In this document: positions 57,623 to 64,000 of the stretch, one piece after another | Position numbering within the stretch: position 1 is the stretch's first letter | How the letters are laid out: each line of letters starts with the position of its first letter | Assembly: GCA_963825865.1 (NCBI GenBank) | Contig: CAWGVG010000003.1 | Coordinates: 128,001-192,000 of the forward strand | Source of the DNA: an uncultured Nitrososphaeraceae archaeon | GTDB lineage: Archaea; Thermoproteota; Nitrososphaeria; Nitrososphaerales; Nitrososphaeraceae | Direction: 5' to 3' | DNA: 64,000 nucleotides | Translations under genes and position numbers: made by a program | The notes under the pieces: generated by a model | Seen by the model: only the letters and a program-made list of their open reading frames with translations | Told to the model about the DNA's origin: nothing | The model's database searches: none

Positions 57623-59609
57623 TTGGGATTGCTCTTAGGTGCCATCTATTATGTATTAAATCAATCTGTTGTGGGGCAATGGATTTGGTTTTTAACATTA
57701 ATTATTGGAGGAATTCCTGTTGTGTGGGGTACTGTTAAGGGAATGATACATCGTCATTTTGCTTCTGATATAGTAGCAATGTTAGCAATTGTTGCAGCTA
57801 TCTTGACAAATGAAGCATTACCAGGAGTAGTTATTGTTATAATGCAAACTGGCGGTAAAGCGCTAGAAGATTATGCTTTTAGAAGAGCTTCATCTTCACT
57901 GGATGAATTAATGGCTAGATCTCCACGCATAGCATATAGAAAAATGAGGGAAGTAAATAACAAAAATAATAATAATAATAATGGTTATGATGGTATTTAT
58001 GATCAAAGCCTAGAAGAAATAAAAGTAACCGATGTTCGGATCGGTGATTTACTTGTAGTACCGAGCGGGCGATCTTATTCCTGTCGATGGAGCGATAATC
58101 TCCGGACGAGCACAAATAGATGAATCCGCACTTACAGGAGAACCTTTGCCTAAAAACAAAGGTGTTGGTGATAAAGTCTTTAGTGGTACTATTAATGCAG
58201 GAGGAAGTGCTTTTGAAATGCAAGCTAGTAAAGTTAGCGAAGACAGTCAGTATGCCAAAATAGTGCAACTAGTACGAAAAGCCCAAGAGGAGAAAGCTCC
58301 AATACAACGACTTGCAGATAGATATGCATTATGGTTCACTCCTATAACAGTAGCAATAAGTGGACTAGGTTGGCTCATAACACAAAATCCACAGACTATC
58401 TTATCTGTCCTTGTTGTTGCTACTCCATGTTCACTTATATTTGCAACTCCTGTAGCTATTATGAGTGGAATAAATAGATGTGCAAAGATAGGAATAATAA
58501 TAAAGACTGGAGCTGCAATTGAACAGATAGGCAAATCGCAAGCAGTTGTATTTGATAAAACTGGCACTATTACTTATGGATCTCCTGTTGTAGAGGACAT
58601 TGTTATATTAACAAAAGGTGGCAAAATAAGACAAGAAGAGGACGATAATAATAGTATTAATAGCAATAATAGCAATACTGTCATTAGTAACAACAATAAC
58701 AATGCTTCTGATGATCTATTGCTCAAAGCTGCCAGGTATGGAACAAATGTCTTCTCATCCAGCAGCTCGTGTAATTGTCCAAAAAGCAAAAGAAAAGTTT
58801 GGTAGTAGTTTATTGCCCACTCCAAGAAACTTCCATGAAATAGCTGGAGCTGGGGTAGAAGGTGATATTAATGGTGAACATATTATAGTTGGTTCACAAA
58901 GTCTTTTTGAAAATAATGATAACAAGAAATATCATCGTCAGCAACTGCAACAACAACAACAGCAATTAGAACTAGGATTCGATAAAGAATTACTACTAAA
59001 TACTATAAAAAAACGAGGCGAAGGAAAAATGATAGCATTCATTGGTATCAACAGTATTCTTGTAGGAGCTATAGTACTTGGTGATAAGATAAGGTCAGGA
59101 GTTAATGTGATGATGCAACGTCTTCAAAAGCTTGGAGTAAAAGAAACAGTTATGCTTACAGGAGATAGCTTTGACAATGCACAGGTTATTGCCAAGCAAG
59201 CAGCTGTCACTAATTTTGAATTTAACCTTTTACCAGAGCAGAAGGTATTGGCAATAAAGAAATTGAAAGAACGGTACAAAAATATTGTCATGGTTGGTGA
59301 TGGAATCAATGATGCTCCTGCATTGGCGCTGCTACAGTAGGTGTTGCTATGGGAGCTAAAGGAACAGCAATATCAGCTGAGGCCGCAGATATGGTATTGA
59401 TAGTTGATGATGTGACAAAAGTTGCGGATGTATTAGAAATAGGTCAGAGAACAATACAAATAGCAAAGCAGAGTATTTACTTTGGGTTAGGAGTCAGTTT
59501 CATCCTAATGATTGTTGCAAGCATTGGATTAATTCCTCCAACAATTGGTGCATTGCTTCAAGAAATATTGGATGTAAGTGTTATATTAAATGCATTAAGG
59601 GCAAGATAG
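57623..59609 (+). CDS. P1B-type heavy-metal ATPase, P1B-5-like (three frameshifts; start may be slightly upstream)
   Basis: LTGE, ATPCS, DKTGT, HP, GDGINDAPAL and C-terminal QEILD. Confidence 0.9.
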
Positions 59610-59815
59610 GTAGGACATAGAGTTTCACTATGTCGATTAGATAACTGGCAGATTTTATGCAAGATAAGTAACTCTACGCTTTATCTGGAGCTTACCCTAT
59701 CATGGTAGTAAAATGAAGGTATACTATATTTTGCAATCGATATATCATTCAAACAGGATTAATCTGTGCTACAAGTGCATAAATATAAGAACAAGGATCA
59801 ACATTATCTTAAAGC

Positions 59816-60707
59816 ATGCAAACGTTAAAACAAATAGATTTAACGAGAGAAGTCATCAAACTCCAACCAGATAAAACACTTTATGATGCTCGTAATGCCT
59901 TATTGATATACAACATTAGCAGAGTTATCCTTGCAAAGGATGATAAGCCTTTAGGGATTCTTACTGAGAAGGATATTTCTCGGTTCTTGTACGAGGACAC
60001 ATCTAACAGGAACCTCAAAGAGATTCGATTAGATGAGGTAGCCAGTAAAGAACTCATAACGGCCAGCGAGGATAGTGATTTGAAAACATGCTCAAAGTTG
60101 ATGATAGATAACAAACTTGAGCTCAATAGTAATAGTTGATACTGTGGGAAATCTCAAAGGCATATTTACAAAAAGCGATATGGTAGATGTTTATGCAAAA
60201 TATTATACAAAAAAAAGATTGGTAGAAGAATACATGACTAAGAGAGTCTTTACAGTAGATCCTGATGAAACTGTACAATCTGTCCTTCTTTTAATGGTTA
60301 ATAATAAAGTGTCAAGAATAGTCGTTACAAGAAATAGTAAACCTATTGGCATTATAACAGGTCGTGACTTGTTACCTATGAGTGCACTTTCAGATACATA
60401 CTTCACTATATACCAAACTAATACTCATGAGAAAAGAGTAGGAAGTGAACATGTAGAAGAACAATTTCTTCCAAAAAGACAGAAATATTCACAATATGTT
60501 CCATCTGGTGTTAAATCTATTTTCTTGGCAAAAGACGTAATGACACATGATCCAATAACTATTACCGAGGATTCAGATTTGGCTACTGCTGCCAGAATTA
60601 TGTCAAGAAATAGAATAAGTGGTATTCCTGTAATAAATTCAAGTGAAAATTTAATTGGAATAGTTACAAAGAGCGATATAATTAAAGCAATATATGATGC
60701 TAACTAA
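59816..60707 (+). CDS. Four-CBS-domain protein (frameshift near 60115)
   Basis: GILTEKDISRFL, GIFTKSDMV, GIITGRDLL and RISGIPVI...GIVTKSDII. Confidence 0.88.
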
Positions 60708-60996
60708 AGAGGGATATCAGAATTATGAACTAATTGTATCAGAAAAAGTAGTTGATAATATGAGTTAATGCATAAAATCAATCTGTTAAACAATCAATTA
60801 CTATTAGAGGCTCTTCACTTCGCATTAAACCTATAGCTAAAGATGTTATATTTCTCTTATGCTACTCAAAAGGAATAGAACACCACTATTAGTGTAGTGC
60901 TATATTAGAATATAGCGTCAATTAATACATGTCAAATTCACCGAATATTTGTTTAGCGATACTTTATATATAATATTTGTAAGCTTGCTGAGTACG

Positions 60997-61567
60997 TCAA
61001 CAGTTCAATAAATGAACTGTATCCATATGTTTATCTATTTTTCTTTTATCTTCAAACGCAGATTGACAGTATGGACAAATGATCACAGCAAGTTTTCCAA
61101 TATTTTCTGATGGAGTTTCGCCTGCTAATTCTACTTCAGCTAGATCTATTCCTTGGCTTGGAATATTACCAATAGCTGATTAAGGGTATAATTCCTAAAA
61201 TACTACCATCCGCTTTCTTTACCAGCAGTCTTCTTATATGCCTGTTTCTCATTATACAAATGGCTTCTTTTACTGATGCTTTATCATTTATAGAAACAAG
61301 AGGATGGCTCATTATACTCCTCAAAGTTGTTTCAGATGGACTCTTGTCTTCTCCTATCACTCTATATAATATGTCCCTTTCAGTAACAATTCCTATAGGT
61401 TGTTGAGTACTCTTGTTAGTTATTATAATACTAGACATGTCACCGTTACGCATGACTTTTACTCCTTCGCTTACTGTGTTGTCTTCATTTAAAGTAATGT
61501 AATTTCTGCTAGTGATACTTCCAACGTCTTTAGAAAGATAATATTCTTGGTTCAATAATCTTAACAT
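60997..61567 (-). CDS. CBS-pair protein fused to a C-terminal C2H2 zinc finger (frameshift near 61175)
   Basis: GIVTERDILYRV and HIRRLLV; the next frame continues IDLAEVEL...ICPYCQSAFEDKRKIDKHMDTVH. Confidence 0.78.
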
Positions 61568-61677
61568 ATCTGCAAGCTGAATAATATAAATATTATTAAA
61601 AGTCAGTCTATGTATTGTTCTCCTTATTTTTTATTCAGAAATACCAATGTTTTCGTAAAAATAAAAAATAAAGCGCT

Positions 61678-61884
61678 TCAGGGAGTTGTTACCTGATATG
61701 GAGATGGTGGAACGTATTTGATTGGGTATGGTGGATGTGGTGACCATGGTGGTACCGGGATTACTGGCGGTAGGATTCCCGTGGTAACGCCATATACAGT
61801 CGCAGGAGTCAAGACAAGACTGCCTATCATGAGCACTAGAAATATCGTTCCTAGCAGCATTCCTATTTTGGTAGTAGTAGACAT
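61678..61884 (-). CDS. Small Pro-rich membrane/secreted protein
   Basis: N-terminal hydrophobic helix, then a PPVIPVPPWSPHPPYP tail. Confidence 0.5.
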   Translation of the reverse strand: MSTTTKIGMLLGTIFLVLMIGSLVLTPATVYGVTTGILPPVIPVPPWSPHPPYPIKYVPPSPYQVTTP

Positions 61885-62199
61885 TTTCTCGTATCACCCC
61901 TTCATGTATATATTACAATAGAAAACTATATGCGCAGTATGTGTATAGTGCAATGCTGTGCAGTTTATTGGTATAAAAGTTAAGGTATACCGATGGTAGT
62001 ACGGGATCTATTCAAACAATAGATAGTCTAATCGACAAAAAATCTAATTAAGTTACTTTTGCTTCCTGTTCCGCCATACACGCAAAACAAATTATTTTTA
62101 GTGGTTTTTTGTACTCATCTGGAACTTCCCAATATGATTTGCAACTTTTGCAAGTTATAAATTTACCCGTTTTCTTTTATTCACTTCCTCACACTAGTT

Positions 62200-62415
62200 G
62201 TGATAATAGGAGTTTTCATTTTGCTTAACTTCTATATGAGAAAGAGAATGATGAAAAGAATGGGAATGGGAGGAGTAGGAATGTTTGGTTCAATGTCGCC
62301 ATCTTCAATGTTTGGAGATAGTTCATTAAAATATTACTGTATGAGTTGCGGAACACAACACAAACAAGCTGCATGTCCTAAATGTGGTTCTAAGATGAAA
62401 AGAGTTGGGTCTTGA
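62200..62415 (+). CDS. Small membrane-anchored zinc-ribbon protein
   Basis: YYCMSCG...ACPKCGSKMK. Confidence 0.65.
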   Translation: MIIGVFILLNFYMRKRMMKRMGMGGVGMFGSMSPSSMFGDSSLKYYCMSCGTQHKQAACPKCGSKMKRVGS

Positions 62416-62524
62416 CATGAATTAATCAAAATCCACAGCCTGTCATCATTACTAGCATAATATAAACAGAATACTAATAAATAAGAATTGTAAGGGAAGG
62501 TAATCAATTGGAAGGAGAAAGGTA

Positions 62525-62833
62525 ATGGGAGATATGGTATTTCCATATAAAAAAATACTAGTACCATATGATGGTTCTAAACAATCAGAAAATGCATTGC
62601 AACAAGCAATACAATTAGCTGATTTTTCGTTTTCAAGTGGAACTACTACAGAAAGTATACAAATAATATTATTACACATAGTAGAGGAAATTCATATTCG
62701 TATTCCAAATCTCTACTTTGGGCTAAGAATACTTGCTGGCAAGTCTATGAAGAAATTCTTCGAGGAAGTATATGAAGATATACTTCGTTTGTCCAAAGGG
62801 CTGTGTTCATTTAACAGAACATCTATAGATTAA
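62525..62833 (+). pseudogene. Truncated universal stress protein
   Basis: YKKILVPYDGSKQSENAL...IILLHIVEE; C-terminal GS motif absent. Confidence 0.78.
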
Positions 62834-62917
62834 CGTTGCTCTATTTACACTATGGGTATCAGACCACTTTTTGTTTATTTTGGAAATAGCGTGTGTATGC
62901 TTTTGCTTTTTGCTTAT

Positions 62918-63109
62918 CTATTCCTCTGACATTCCTATGTATACGAGAAGTGCAGAGTAATCGTTAGTATTATCATCTCTCTTAAATGAAGAGTATTTAA
63001 TATCTATTATCTTCTGAATATTATTTTCCCTTAAAAAATCATTGATTTGATTTGAAAGAGAATCAGGATGAGTCGAATTAAATGCTTGAGTAAGTATTAT
63101 ACGTTTCAT
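62918..63109 (-). CDS. Small DUF2758/Cse60-like protein
   Basis: LSNQINDFL...IIDIKYS...YSALLVY pattern. Confidence 0.5.
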   Translation of the reverse strand: MKRIILTQAFNSTHPDSLSNQINDFLRENNIQKIIDIKYSSFKRDDNTNDYSALLVYIGMSEE

Positions 63110-63224
63110 TCAGACTTAACCATCATTAATGCTTGGCAATGGCGTTTACTAACTTTTGCTTTTGTTCAATGTCAGTAATTATTTTAGGATATGAATTTTA
63201 ATTAGAGCTTCTTTTTAACTAAAA

Positions 63225-63497
63225 ATGAATATGTCAACTACTACTACTGGTGCTAGTCAAAAAACGATATTCTCCAAAATATTAGTTGCAATTGATGGCT
63301 CTAATGCCTCAATGTATGCAGCAGATTACGCTATCTCTCTATCTAAAGAATATAATAATGCAGAACTTTATGCTTTGCATGTTATACGTGCCGATGTTGA
63401 TTTATTTGGGCCACATGAAACATCTTTCCTCGTTATTTGTGTATTCCTGATATCTTGTAAAGTCAAGTGGAGTGATTATGCCAATAGATTTGCTTAA
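63225..63497 (+). pseudogene. Truncated universal stress protein
   Basis: FSKILVAIDGSNASMYAADYAI...LYALHVI, then divergence. Confidence 0.78.
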
Positions 63498-63519
63498 ATT
63501 AATTTTATCATCATGGTCA

Positions 63520-63860
63520 ACAACGAATAAATGCCTTACGTCTGCAACATCATATCAGCTCCACCGATAGCGATGAATTAGAATAGTAATAAGAGGAGAA
63601 AACATTATCTGCTTATTTGTAACTGCGCTAGTTACGTACATCATTAATGTTCTACAGATAACCACCAATGATATGTTTGCTACTAATCCTGCCGATAGGT
63701 TTCTTGCTTTCGTTGATTACTACTAGACCATCTACATAGATCTGAGGACCGATTGCAAGAAATGTCGCTATTTGCAACATATGAGCAGTTGGGTTTACGA
63801 ACAAGTACGGTCGTCTAAAAATATGAGATGCTGCATCTTTAATTGGAATACCTTATAGAT
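63520..63860 (-). pseudogene. CBS-domain protein remnant, paralog of 27320..27650
   Basis: Own translation: IPIKDAASHIFRRPYLFVNPTAHMLQIATFLAIGPQIYVDGLVVINESKKPIGRISSKHII; 63667-63745 is a near-identical inverted copy of 27322-27400. Confidence 0.6.
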
Positions 63861-64000
63861 CAAGATGATAGTTCATGCAAGAACTCGCTCCCTTCAAAGT
63901 TAGTGGATGCATGTTCTTCTACATAACCCTTTAGGCACTTTGCATGATATGATGCATCACTTGAATCTTTACGATTCCCTTATTTTATTATTGAAACAAT

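Noticed and set aside
60899-60916. Palindrome GCTATATT-AG-AATATAGC between convergent CBS genes
   Set aside because: Single AT-rich occurrence; cannot be distinguished from chance.
1-64000. tRNA, rRNA or CRISPR arrays
   Set aside because: No cloverleaf, rRNA-like or regularly spaced repeat pattern recognised by eye; tRNAscan-SE and Infernal would be needed to exclude them.

Overview
AT-rich archaeal DNA whose gene set (proteasome beta subunit, PUA, TRAM and PAC2 proteins, small zinc-finger families, PsbP-like protein) fits a soil Nitrososphaeraceae/Nitrososphaerota genome; this taxonomy is an inference. Many genes are broken by single-base indels that look like long-read consensus errors, so I reconstructed them across frames. 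Bases 1-19.3 kb are mostly core genes: HtrA, PUA protein, psmB, a GHKL ATPase, carA-carB, a phosphoesterase, SWIM and KGG proteins, an OppD-like ATPase and TRAM. The strongest signal is a 22-nt insertion in carB (7029-7050). It folds into a bulge-helix-bulge motif, and cutting at the canonical archaeal splicing-endonuclease positions exactly restores the conserved GEAGE|FDYSG motif, so it is a candidate mRNA intron. Bases ~24-64 kb form an accessory stress/dormancy region with many CBS and USP proteins, Hsp20, a CBS-HPF hibernation factor, an M50 protease, PncA/PncB, a PNPOx-like protein, ADH and a P1B-ATPase. Its content parallels the mycobacterial DosR regulon, and it carries a recurring 17-bp upstream motif. 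Inside it lies an acyl-CoA carboxylase / CoA-transferase / MFS module interrupted by two near-identical IS5-type elements. An IS630 element and an IS6 remnant are also present. I recognised no rRNA, tRNA or CRISPR array.
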